Positions 9,244 to 17,758 of a stretch of DNA of 64,000 nt are shown one piece after another. Position 1 is the first letter of the stretch, and every line of letters starts with the position of its first letter. Made by a program: the position numbers and the translations under genes. Origin of the DNA: Candidatus Kuenenbacteria bacterium. GTDB lineage: Bacteria; Patescibacteriota; Patescibacteriia; UBA11705; JABHMO01. The DNA is taken from contig JABMRF010000040.1 in assembly GCA_013202715.1 (NCBI GenBank), forward strand, positions 4,376-68,375. The letters are read 5' to 3'. Under the pieces are notes generated by a model. The model searched no databases, was not told where the DNA came from, and saw nothing but the letters and a program-made list of their open reading frames with translations.

Positions 9244-9285
9244 AAAAACCGCGCTTGTCAAAACAAGAGCGGTTTTTTCTTTTTA
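9244..9285. terminator. bidirectional terminator downstream of mnmA
   Basis: aaaaaccgcgcttgt-caaaa-caagagcggtttttt. Confidence 0.6.
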
Positions 9286-9293
9286 AAGTATAA

Positions 9294-10400
9294 TTATTCA
9301 ATTTCACCGCCCCCTAAACATTCATCTCCATTATAAAAAACACAATACTGGCCGGAGGTAATGGCTCGCTGGGGTTTTGGAAATTTCACCAGAAATTTGT
9401 TTGAAGAACGATTGTCAGGCGAACTTCCGGAAGTTCGCCTGACAATCTGACAATTTACATTTTCAGATCGATATCGGATTCGGCATTCGCATTTAAATGG
9501 CAATGTTGGAGCCGTGCCGGAAATCCAATTAACTTTTTTAACTATTAATTCTTTGGCTAAAATATCATCTTCGTTTTTACTCACCCAGAGGGTATTATTT
9601 TTTTTATCCAATCGAGAAACATACCACGGACCATCGGCAAGGCCAATCCCCTTTCTTTGCCCAATTGTGTACATTGGTAAACCGTCATGCTGGCCAAGGA
9701 TTTTACTGTCAGGCGCGACGCCTTCTCGAATAGGCCCTTTTTCAAATTTGATATATCTTTTCAAAAATTCACCCACCTTTCCATCCGCTACAAAACAAAT
9801 TTCCTGTGATTCTTTTTTGCTGGCAGTTGACAGTCCATGTTTCTTGGCCAATTTTCGAACTTGTTCTTTTGTATAATTTCCAACTGGGAACATAACATGA
9901 GCCAGATCCTTTTGCTTGATCTGATGAAGGAAATATGACTGGTCTTTGTTTTTGTCCCGTCCCACGCGTAGGGAACGGTCGCGACCGTTCCCTACGCGAG
10001 CGAAATGCCCGGTCGCGACAAAATCAACGCCCATTGGTTTTAATTTTTTCCACAACTCACCAAATTTGATATATTGATTGCAACGCACACATGGATTTGG
10101 TGTACGACCACACTCATATTCATTAACAAAATTATCTACAATTTTTTCCTTGAACGGAGCCTTCATATCAATCACATAAAACGGAATTCCGAGCTTATTG
10201 CAAACCCGGCGGGCATCTTCTGCAGATTCCAGCGAACAGCAAATGTTTTCACGAATTTTGCCCTTGATATTCTCATTCCAGAATTTCATAAAAACACCAA
10301 TGACTTCATAGCCTTGTTCTTTTAATAATACTGCGGCAACTGACGAATCCACTCCGCCGGACATGCCGACGGCCACCTTTAATTGTTTGTTTTTATTCAT
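9294..10400 (-). CDS. mnmA: tRNA-specific 2-thiouridylase MnmA
   Basis: PP-loop VGMSGGVDSS, ...NPCVRCN..., ...KDQSYFL; TATAAT 6 nt upstream of ATG and no SD. Confidence 0.9.
   Translation of the reverse strand: MNKNKQLKVAVGMSGGVDSSVAAVLLKEQGYEVIGVFMKFWNENIKGKIRENICCSLESAEDARRVCNKLGIPFYVIDMKAPFKEKIVDNFVNEYECGRTPNPCVRCNQYIKFGELWKKLKPMGVDFVATGHFARVGNGRDRSLRVGRDKNKDQSYFLHQIKQKDLAHVMFPVGNYTKEQVRKLAKKHGLSTASKKESQEICFVADGKVGEFLKRYIKFEKGPIREGVAPDSKILGQHDGLPMYTIGQRKGIGLADGPWYVSRLDKKNNTLWVSKNEDDILAKELIVKKVNWISGTAPTLPFKCECRIRYRSENVNCQIVRRTSGSSPDNRSSNKFLVKFPKPQRAITSGQYCVFYNGDECLGGGEIE
9965..9998. repeat. 34-bp perfect GC-rich palindrome inside the mnmA coding sequence
   Basis: cgcgtagggaacggtcg|cgaccgttccctacgcg; reverse complement identical. 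Confidence 0.9.
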
Positions 10401-10450
10401 AAATTCATTATATCAAAAAAAACGCCTTTTGCGTCTTTTTTTATATCATA

Positions 10451-10816
10451 CTATCCAGCTTTCTTCAAGGTCACCATCACCTCCGGCACATATTTGTTAT
10501 CTTTGTCATCAACAACTTCAACTTTATTATTTTTCATCAGCTCATTCCACATTAGATCTGACAAAACTTGCTTGGTGTCTTTTATATCCATTTTCAAATC
10601 ATCCAAGTCGTTGAATTCAGAGGCATAATCTCCTCGAATCGCGACTTCAATTTGTTTTTTCTTAGCTTTCAAGGAATTCATTTCATCTAAAATATCCTGA
10701 TATTCTTTTGTCTGGTCATAAGCTTCCTTGACAACTACTTTGATTTCTTTTTGTTTAGCTTTTGCATCCTGGATTTCCAAGTGCAAATCTGTAATTCTTT
10801 GTGCATTGTCGGACAT
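10451..10816 (-). CDS. hypothetical coiled-coil protein (121 aa)
   Basis: charged, heptad-like composition. Confidence 0.5.
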   Translation of the reverse strand: MSDNAQRITDLHLEIQDAKAKQKEIKVVVKEAYDQTKEYQDILDEMNSLKAKKKQIEVAIRGDYASEFNDLDDLKMDIKDTKQVLSDLMWNELMKNNKVEVVDDKDNKYVPEVMVTLKKAG

Positions 10817-10923
10817 ATATAATAGGGCGAAAGAAGGCGAAAGAAGATAACCTTGCCTTCATAACTTTATTATTAAATACAAAATTAAGTATAACAAACA
10901 TTCCCTTAATTAACAATTGTGGA

Positions 10924-10951
10924 TAAATAAAAACCACCGTCAATCCGGTGG
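10924..10951 (-). terminator. rho-independent terminator
   Basis: ccaccg-tcaatc-cggtgg followed by T-run on minus strand. Confidence 0.6.
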
Positions 10952-10959
10952 AGTCTTTG

Positions 10960-11253
10960 TTATTTTTCAATTCTAGCTTCTAATACATCGAGATGACTCA
11001 ATACTTCCTGTCTCAGCGCTTGAAGAGCATGAAACAGTTGAAATATTGGAACGTCCTGATCAGCATCTTGGTCAGCACTTCGATGTAATGCAACCATAAT
11101 AGAGATTTTTTCCTTTTTAGCATAAGGAACAATCTGTGTTTTTAACCATTCGCGCAAAGCATCTAGATCATTAACAAACGGGCAAGAAAAACCAGCTGCT
11201 ATGAGTTCTCTAGCTACTACATTCAGAAATCTGTCTGAAGTCATTTTTGCCAT
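10960..11253 (-). CDS. hypothetical small protein (97 aa)
   Basis: GGGGGA RBS-like sequence upstream of ATG. Confidence 0.5.
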   Translation of the reverse strand: MAKMTSDRFLNVVARELIAAGFSCPFVNDLDALREWLKTQIVPYAKKEKISIMVALHRSADQDADQDVPIFQLFHALQALRQEVLSHLDVLEARIEK

Positions 11254-11280
11254 TTATTCCCCCTAGACAAAACATTGCAA

Positions 11281-11314
11281 CCTCAAGTGAAAAATATAAA
11301 AAAAGAACATGCAG
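11281..11314 (-). terminator. rho-independent terminator
   Basis: gaacatg-cagcta-catgttc with T-run on minus strand. Confidence 0.6.
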
Positions 11315-11350
11315 CTACATGTTCCTCACATTACCATACAACACTTTTAT

Positions 11351-12583
11351 TTACAAATATTTTTTCAGTAAATTATAAACTTCCTCATAATTCATCCGGA
11401 TCTTGGCGCCCATTACCAAAGCGATTAATTCCCTGGTGGAACCCTTTGCCTGCATGACAAGATTGTAGCCTGCCTCATCTGTCCAGCCGGTTTTGCTGCC
11501 AGTCACATAGAGATCGCGATCGAGAAGCTTTATGCTGGTATTTTTCACCCAGTAAACAACATCTTTGTTGACCGGTACAACTTTGTACCACTTTGTGGTT
11601 GTGGCCTTGAGAATATCAATATTTTTAAATGCTCTTTTGGAAATAGCGGCCATTTCAAAAGCGGTGGAAACATTATTTTCATTCAATCCGGTGGGTTCAA
11701 CAAAGTGAGTGTTTGTTAGTCCAAATCCTTTTACTTTTTCATTCATCTTCTGAACAAACTCATCCAGAGTCAATCCGCTAGCGCGAACCAAAGAGTGAGT
11801 GGTATTATTTTTCGAGCCAACCAAGGTCGCATAAAATAAATCTTTGACTGTAATCTGATCGCCTTCTTTTGCCCAAAGTGAGGCGCCACCAACATAGTCG
11901 GACTTTTGCATGGTAATGATCTTGTCCCAACCAGGATTGTGATCAAGAAAAACCAAAACTGAAACTAATTTTGTCATGCTGGCAATCGGTCGAACATCAT
12001 TCATGTTCTTTTGGAAAATGATACTGCCGGAATTTTTATCAACCACTATTGCGGACTGCGCTGTCAAAGCCTCCGGATCATTTTCCAGAACAGCCACTTT
12101 CGCGTATGGAAAAATTGTTTTCGCTCGAATTAGTTTATTTTCATAATCTATTTCAGAAGGAAGCTCTCGCCATTTTTGCTGATGATTGTCGTAAAAATAA
12201 ATTGCTTTGTCCAGCTCATTATCACTTTCATAAGCCATGGAAATCAGCTGAGCACGCTCCATAAAGCCGGGGTTTTCTTTTCTAATGTCAAAAGTATAAA
12301 AACCTGAAACTGCTCTTTTCGTTTCAGGTAAATCATCAAAATTATCATTCCTGGAAATTTTTACTAATAATTTCCCTTGGTGAAAATTTGGAAAAATCGG
12401 CACCCAAAGTTGTTTGTCAACACTTTTTACTGTAAAACCGCGCTCTAAAGTTTGCTCATCAAAATCAATTATAACAGTATCAAACGTTTTTGCGTCTGCT
12501 GCTTGATATAGTGCGAAAAATAACACAAAAATCGAAACTAAAATTAGCCAACGTTTGAGATCCATACAATTAACAATTGACAT
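11351..12583 (-). CDS. D-alanyl-D-alanine carboxypeptidase (PBP5/6 family, peptidase S11) with N-terminal extension
   Basis: SxxK (ASMTK), SxN (GSKNN), KTG (GSKTGWT) motifs. Confidence 0.8.
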   Translation of the reverse strand: MSIVNCMDLKRWLILVSIFVLFFALYQAADAKTFDTVIIDFDEQTLERGFTVKSVDKQLWVPIFPNFHQGKLLVKISRNDNFDDLPETKRAVSGFYTFDIRKENPGFMERAQLISMAYESDNELDKAIYFYDNHQQKWRELPSEIDYENKLIRAKTIFPYAKVAVLENDPEALTAQSAIVVDKNSGSIIFQKNMNDVRPIASMTKLVSVLVFLDHNPGWDKIITMQKSDYVGGASLWAKEGDQITVKDLFYATLVGSKNNTTHSLVRASGLTLDEFVQKMNEKVKGFGLTNTHFVEPTGLNENNVSTAFEMAAISKRAFKNIDILKATTTKWYKVVPVNKDVVYWVKNTSIKLLDRDLYVTGSKTGWTDEAGYNLVMQAKGSTRELIALVMGAKIRMNYEEVYNLLKKYL

Positions 12584-12624
12584 TTAACATTTGACCTTTG
12601 ACGTGTCAGGTGTCAAATGTTTTT

Positions 12625-13122
12625 TTAGAGCTTTGTAATTCCAAGCGGTGTTACCTTATAACATCCCTTGCTCTTGAATTCATCAATTCCTTTTTCTAAA
12701 TGAAAATACACTTCAAAATCATTTTCATCAAGTTTTGTAAACGTGTAATTACAGCCTGAATCATAACACGCTTTTGCGCTGGTACAGGCTACATTCATAA
12801 CATCAGGATCATTCACCTGAGCGAGTTCTGGTAAAATTTTAAGCAGTTCTGAATTCTCATTTTTACTACATAAACTTACAAATGTCAAATCACAATATGC
12901 CCGTTCATAACTGCCAGTTTCATTTTTTACTACCTGAAGGGCGTCTTTGATTGTATTCACATCAGTAAGTCTTTTTGCATCTCGGAGCTGTTTTTGTTTT
13001 GAATTCAAAGAGAGAACCAAGCCGGTCAAGATAAGCCCTATGACTCCTACGACAATTAATATTTCAACTAAAGTAAAGCCATCGCGCTTAGTACCAAAGC
13101 GGGCTCTTGTGTTTTTGAACAT
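12625..13122 (-). CDS. type IV prepilin/pseudopilin
   Basis: class III signal KRDGFTLVEILIVVGVIGLI. Confidence 0.8.
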   Translation of the reverse strand: MFKNTRARFGTKRDGFTLVEILIVVGVIGLILTGLVLSLNSKQKQLRDAKRLTDVNTIKDALQVVKNETGSYERAYCDLTFVSLCSKNENSELLKILPELAQVNDPDVMNVACTSAKACYDSGCNYTFTKLDENDFEVYFHLEKGIDEFKSKGCYKVTPLGITKL

Positions 13123-13149
13123 ACTAGATTTTGTTATTGAAAATTCTAA

Positions 13150-13608
13150 TTAATCCTTGAAAATTCCTTTTTCAGTTAAAGCATAACATCCTTCTTCCTT
13201 GAACGTACCTGCCCCCTTTTCAAGATAAAACTGAACCATATATGCATCAGCAGTTAAAGCACGAACAGCATATTCACAACCCTGAACACAACTCGTACTA
13301 CAAAGTCCTGCTGTTCCAAGAGGATCAATAACAGTTTTAATGCTGGTTAAAACTTCTTCCAGCTCACCGCCAACACAATCTTTTATCGCTTTTCCAGCAG
13401 CACAATTTGCATCAGGTTTGTATGTGCCAAGCTCCTGATTGACCATGCCCATTGCTTTTTGCACGGCAGAAATGTCATTGATACGTTTTGTGTCACGTCC
13501 TTTTTCACGAATGTTTCCCAAGGAAACAACTGCTAGAGCTGACAATAAACCAATAATGGCAATTACCACAAGTAGCTCAATTAAAGTAAACCCTTTTTGT
13601 TTTCTCAT
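13150..13608 (-). CDS. type IV prepilin
   Basis: KGFTLIELLVVIAIIGLL prepilin leader. Confidence 0.8.
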   Translation of the reverse strand: MRKQKGFTLIELLVVIAIIGLLSALAVVSLGNIREKGRDTKRINDISAVQKAMGMVNQELGTYKPDANCAAGKAIKDCVGGELEEVLTSIKTVIDPLGTAGLCSTSCVQGCEYAVRALTADAYMVQFYLEKGAGTFKEEGCYALTEKGIFKD

Positions 13609-13744
13609 AATTTTTTTAAGTTAATTTCCGCCATAGGCGGATCAGCCTATGGCTGAAATTTTTTATATTTCTAAACAGGGCTATATAGGGCTAGACAAGA
13701 GGACAAGATAGAGATTATCCCGTTGACTTGTTTAGCCATGTTTC

Positions 13745-13770
13745 GCCTTATTAATTATATCACATATTCG
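13745..13770 (-). promoter_or_regulatory. extended -10 promoter (TGtGATATAAT) overlapping the pilC stop codon, with a structured roughly 130-nt leader before the pilin gene
   Basis: minus-strand atatgTGATATAATtaa; identical TGTGATATAAT reappears at 53785. Confidence 0.4.
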
Positions 13771-14965
13771 ATGAAATTTCATACATTGGTAAAATAATTG
13801 AAATAATCATTGCGCCAACAGCTACACCAAGAATAATCATAATAAATGGTTCCAATAATGCCATTAAGTTTGCAATCAAATTATTTGCTTCGCGGGTATA
13901 GAACTCACTAACCTTTTCAAGTACCTCCTTTACTTTTCCTGTATTCTCGCCAGTTTCTAGCATTTGAGAAAGCATTTTCGGAGCATATTTACTTTTACTG
14001 AAAACTAACCCCAGTTCTCCACCGTCTTTTACAACGTTCACCGTTTCCAAAATTAAATCTTCATAAACTGTATTGCTCATCATCCCAGAGCTTATTTCCA
14101 AAGCCTCTACCATATCCACGCCACCAATAAGTAATGTTCTAAAACTTCGAGAGAATCTGATTACTGCGGTATAATTAATTAATTTTCCAAAAACCGGTAA
14201 TTTTAAGGCCACTTTGTCAATTACTCTTTTTCCCGCCGACGATTCATTAACTTTATAAACAACAAAGCCAAAAACTGCAACCACAATAATTAACACCCAC
14301 CAATATCCAATCAGAAAATCACTCGTTCCAATCAACATTCGAGTTGTAAAGGGTAGTTTCGCTCCAGTTTGAGTTAGCATTTCCGTTAATTTCGGTACCA
14401 CGAAAATCATCATCAAGACACCCACCACTACCAACCCGCAAATCACAAATACCGGATAAATCATGGCTCCTTTTATTTTTGCCCGTAAATCATAATCTTT
14501 TTCCAGCTGATCTGCCAAATATACTAAAACTTCCTGAAGGCGTCCGGAAACTTCCCCTGATTTGATTATATTAATAAAAAAGCCGTCAAAAACTTTTGGA
14601 AAATGTGCCAGAGCTTCAGAAAACTTAACCCCACCCTCCACTTCACTGGCAACTTCAGCAATGGTTTTTTTTAATTTTGGGTTATTTGTCTGCCCTACTG
14701 CGTCTTTCAATGCCTCAACTACTGGGACTTCAGCAGAAATTAAAATAGAGAGTTGGCGAGAAAAAATCACCAAGTCTTTAATCTTTACCCGGTCAAAACT
14801 AATTTCTAGAGCAGCTAGGCCGGTTTTCTTTTGTTCCAATGAAAGGACAATATATCCTTTGTCTTCAAGAATATCAACCGCCAAACTTTCACTTTCTGCC
14901 TCAACCACTCCCTCCAACATTTCATCGTTTTCGGTTGTTTTCGCGCGATAATTATATAAACTCAT
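13760..14965 (-). CDS. pilC: type IV pilus assembly platform protein PilC (GspF family)
   Basis: polytopic membrane protein with two T2SSF-like repeats. Confidence 0.85.
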   Translation of the reverse strand: MSLYNYRAKTTENDEMLEGVVEAESESLAVDILEDKGYIVLSLEQKKTGLAALEISFDRVKIKDLVIFSRQLSILISAEVPVVEALKDAVGQTNNPKLKKTIAEVASEVEGGVKFSEALAHFPKVFDGFFINIIKSGEVSGRLQEVLVYLADQLEKDYDLRAKIKGAMIYPVFVICGLVVVGVLMMIFVVPKLTEMLTQTGAKLPFTTRMLIGTSDFLIGYWWVLIIVVAVFGFVVYKVNESSAGKRVIDKVALKLPVFGKLINYTAVIRFSRSFRTLLIGGVDMVEALEISSGMMSNTVYEDLILETVNVVKDGGELGLVFSKSKYAPKMLSQMLETGENTGKVKEVLEKVSEFYTREANNLIANLMALLEPFIMIILGVAVGAMIISIILPMYEISSNM

Positions 14966-14971
14966 ATTGCT

Positions 14972-16732
14972 TTACTCTTGCTCCTCAACTTCTTTACTGA
15001 CTCTGAATATTTCTTCAAGCGAAGTAAATCCTTGTAGTGATTTGATAATTCCATCCTGTAATAGACTAATCATCCCGATTCTTTTTAGCTCTTCGAGAAC
15101 TTCAGGTTTTTTAAACCCGTTGGAAATTATAATTCTCATTTTTTCTGTAATTGGCAACACTTCGGAAATTACAATTCGTCCACTGTAGCCTGTGTTCTTA
15201 CATATTGCACAACCTTTTCCCCGATATGCTTTTAATTGACCTGTTAAATCAATTTCTTTGGGTAATTTCTTCGGATCGACTTTTTGCAATTCTCTTTTTA
15301 CCTTTTCTGCAACGTCATTTGGTAAATCGTAACTTTCTTTACACTTGGAACAAATACGACGACCCAGGCGTTGTGCAATTATTAAATTCAAGGTTGAAGC
15401 AAGGAGAAAAGGCTCCACCTTCATATCCATCAAACGTGGCACAGCACCAATTGAATCATTGGTATGCAAAGTTGAAAATAATAAATGTCCGGTGAGTGCA
15501 GCATGCACGCCCATCTCGCCAGTTTCATGATCACGAATCTCTCCGACCATAATAATATCCGGATCCTGTCTCATCAAAGCGCGAAGTCCGGCTGCAAAAG
15601 TAAACTTAACTTCAGGCCTGACCTGAGCCTGATTAATTCCAGGAATATTATATTCCACCGGGTCTTCCAGTGTGCTAATATTGATCCCTTCTTTGTTCAT
15701 GCTACTCAAAATTGAAAATAAAGTAGTAGACTTACCCGAACCTGTCGGCCCGGTAACTAAAATCATGCCGTAAGTCTGCTTCAACGCTGTGGCAATTACA
15801 TCTCTCAGCTCCTTGCTAAAGCCCAGTTGCTCAAGTGTCAAAGCTTTACTACCAGTATCTAAAATACGAATGGTGATTTTTTCTTTTCCCGCCAAAGGCA
15901 TCACTGAAATACGCAAATCATAATCTTGTTTTCCAATATGAATTTTTGATCTGCCATCCTGCGGAACCCGAGTTTCATCAATTTTTAAATTTGATAAAAC
16001 TTTAATCCTGGAAATTACTGAATCATGAATATAGGACGGTAATGTTAAAACTGTATTTAAAATGCCGTCTATTCGAAAACGAACCCGCGAACTTTTTTCA
16101 AAAGGTTCAATGTGAATATCGGAAGCCCGGCTTTCAACCCCGTGCTTGATAATCATGGAAACTATCTGAGCTACCGGCGCACTTTTGATAACCTCCTCAA
16201 TATTATCAGTAGAAATATCTTCTTCTAATTTTTTTTCTTCCTGATCTTTTTCAACCTCACCGAGAGCAGTTGCCACGTCGTCTCCAAAGGCGCCGTAACG
16301 CTTTAGTGCTTCTTGCCAGGCATATATTGAACAAAGATAATATTCAACTGAAAATCCTTTGCTGGAAGCCCAAAAATCAATTGCTTCTCGGGCATCATAA
16401 TCTTCCGGTTTAGCTATAGCAATCTTTAGTTTTTGGCCCTGTTGGTCAAAACAAATTGCACTGTGTTGCTCAGCTAAATTCAGGGGCATTATTTCCTGAA
16501 TATCCGGATTTACTTTGCGCTGCATCAAATTTTCATAAGGATAATTAAAAAACTCTGCCTCAAACTGAGCCAACTTTTCTGCATCAACAAATCCTCCTTT
16601 TATTAGGATGTCTCTTAGACTTTTCTCTTCGGAGCTCTTTAGGATATTTTTAACTTCCTCAACCTGCTTCTCTCTGAGTGCTCCCTTTTGTAACAAAAAG
16701 CCCAATAATTTTTTATGTTGTTCTTTTATCAT
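14972..16732 (-). CDS. pilB: type IV pilus assembly ATPase PilB (GspE family)
   Basis: Walker A GPTGSGKSTT, CxxC tetracysteine, GspE signature; ORF-track start at 16744 is TTG, ATG at 16732. Confidence 0.9.
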   Translation of the reverse strand: MIKEQHKKLLGFLLQKGALREKQVEEVKNILKSSEEKSLRDILIKGGFVDAEKLAQFEAEFFNYPYENLMQRKVNPDIQEIMPLNLAEQHSAICFDQQGQKLKIAIAKPEDYDAREAIDFWASSKGFSVEYYLCSIYAWQEALKRYGAFGDDVATALGEVEKDQEEKKLEEDISTDNIEEVIKSAPVAQIVSMIIKHGVESRASDIHIEPFEKSSRVRFRIDGILNTVLTLPSYIHDSVISRIKVLSNLKIDETRVPQDGRSKIHIGKQDYDLRISVMPLAGKEKITIRILDTGSKALTLEQLGFSKELRDVIATALKQTYGMILVTGPTGSGKSTTLFSILSSMNKEGINISTLEDPVEYNIPGINQAQVRPEVKFTFAAGLRALMRQDPDIIMVGEIRDHETGEMGVHAALTGHLLFSTLHTNDSIGAVPRLMDMKVEPFLLASTLNLIIAQRLGRRICSKCKESYDLPNDVAEKVKRELQKVDPKKLPKEIDLTGQLKAYRGKGCAICKNTGYSGRIVISEVLPITEKMRIIISNGFKKPEVLEELKRIGMISLLQDGIIKSLQGFTSLEEIFRVSKEVEEQE

Positions 16733-16767
16733 TGAATTATACAATTCATGGAAGAGATCGATAAGAC

Positions 16768-17091
16768 CTATTCCACTTCTTCAATATTTTCAAATGGATT
16801 TTCTTTAAATTCCTGTCCTTCTTCATTTATTACTAATGGCCAATCACCCACTTTTTCCAAGCCAAGAAACTGCTCATCTTCCAAAAGCGCTTGTTTTACT
16901 TTTTCAAACTCACTATTACTATCTGAATCAGAATCTAAATTTAGTAACTGAATAGGCCCCTCGTTATCAATATTTTCTTGAGGCTTGAAGTAAATTAAAT
17001 CAACTGCCATTAAAGCAGCTATAATTATGACAATTAATATTACAATAATAATTGAATTTCTAATTTGGTTACTCTTCATCTGATTCTTCAT
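16768..17091 (-). CDS. small membrane protein, pilus-operon associated
   Basis: N-terminal TM segment, acidic C-terminal half. Confidence 0.45.
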   Translation of the reverse strand: MKNQMKSNQIRNSIIIVILIVIIIAALMAVDLIYFKPQENIDNEGPIQLLNLDSDSDSNSEFEKVKQALLEDEQFLGLEKVGDWPLVINEEGQEFKENPFENIEEVE

Positions 17092-17755
17092 AAATATTCT
17101 CCCCCCAATAATAGGTATTCATGGTTAAATTGTATGAACCAGCCAACGGCTCATAAATTAGAGCCTTTACATCAAGTAAGCGCAAATTTTTCTCGACATC
17201 AATAAGGAAGTTCTTCAAAGTATAATAATCACCGCCCGTAAGACTCAATGTCAACGCCAATTTTTTAAGAGTCGGTTTTTGGGATTTTATATTTTCTCCG
17301 TCAAGTTCCTGTGATTCAGCAATATCAACCGTATCTAAAGATAAATTATTTTTGTAAGCAAGAGCATCCAGCTGAACAAAGATGCTGGAAAGTTCTTTTT
17401 CAGACGGCAAGACCATAAGCATTTTCTGTACTGATTCTTCGATACCTTCATAATTCACTTTGGCCGATTTTAATTCACTTAATTCATTTTCTTTTTCAGC
17501 CAAGACCTGTTGTTTTTGCTGAACAATCAATTTCATTTCATTAATATTAACGTCATAAACATTGTAAACACAATATGCAAAGGCTAATATTAAAATGACT
17601 AGGCTAAGAATAAAAATCATCTGGAAGTATTGAATAAAACTTTCTGCAAATCCTAAAAATCTGTTTTTCTTGACTTTATTTCCTGAATTCAAAACGTGAT
17701 CAGATTTTTCAAGTCCAACCATTTTCCCTGTTTTTATTTTTTTGTGCTCTTTCAT
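17069..17755 (-). CDS. PilO-like pilus assembly protein
   Basis: short cytoplasmic N-terminus, one TM, coiled-coil, C-terminal domain; sits between the PilN-like gene and pilB. Confidence 0.55.
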   Translation of the reverse strand: MKEHKKIKTGKMVGLEKSDHVLNSGNKVKKNRFLGFAESFIQYFQMIFILSLVILILAFAYCVYNVYDVNINEMKLIVQQKQQVLAEKENELSELKSAKVNYEGIEESVQKMLMVLPSEKELSSIFVQLDALAYKNNLSLDTVDIAESQELDGENIKSQKPTLKKLALTLSLTGGDYYTLKNFLIDVEKNLRLLDVKALIYEPLAGSYNLTMNTYYWGENIYEESDEE

Positions 17756-17758
17756 AAC

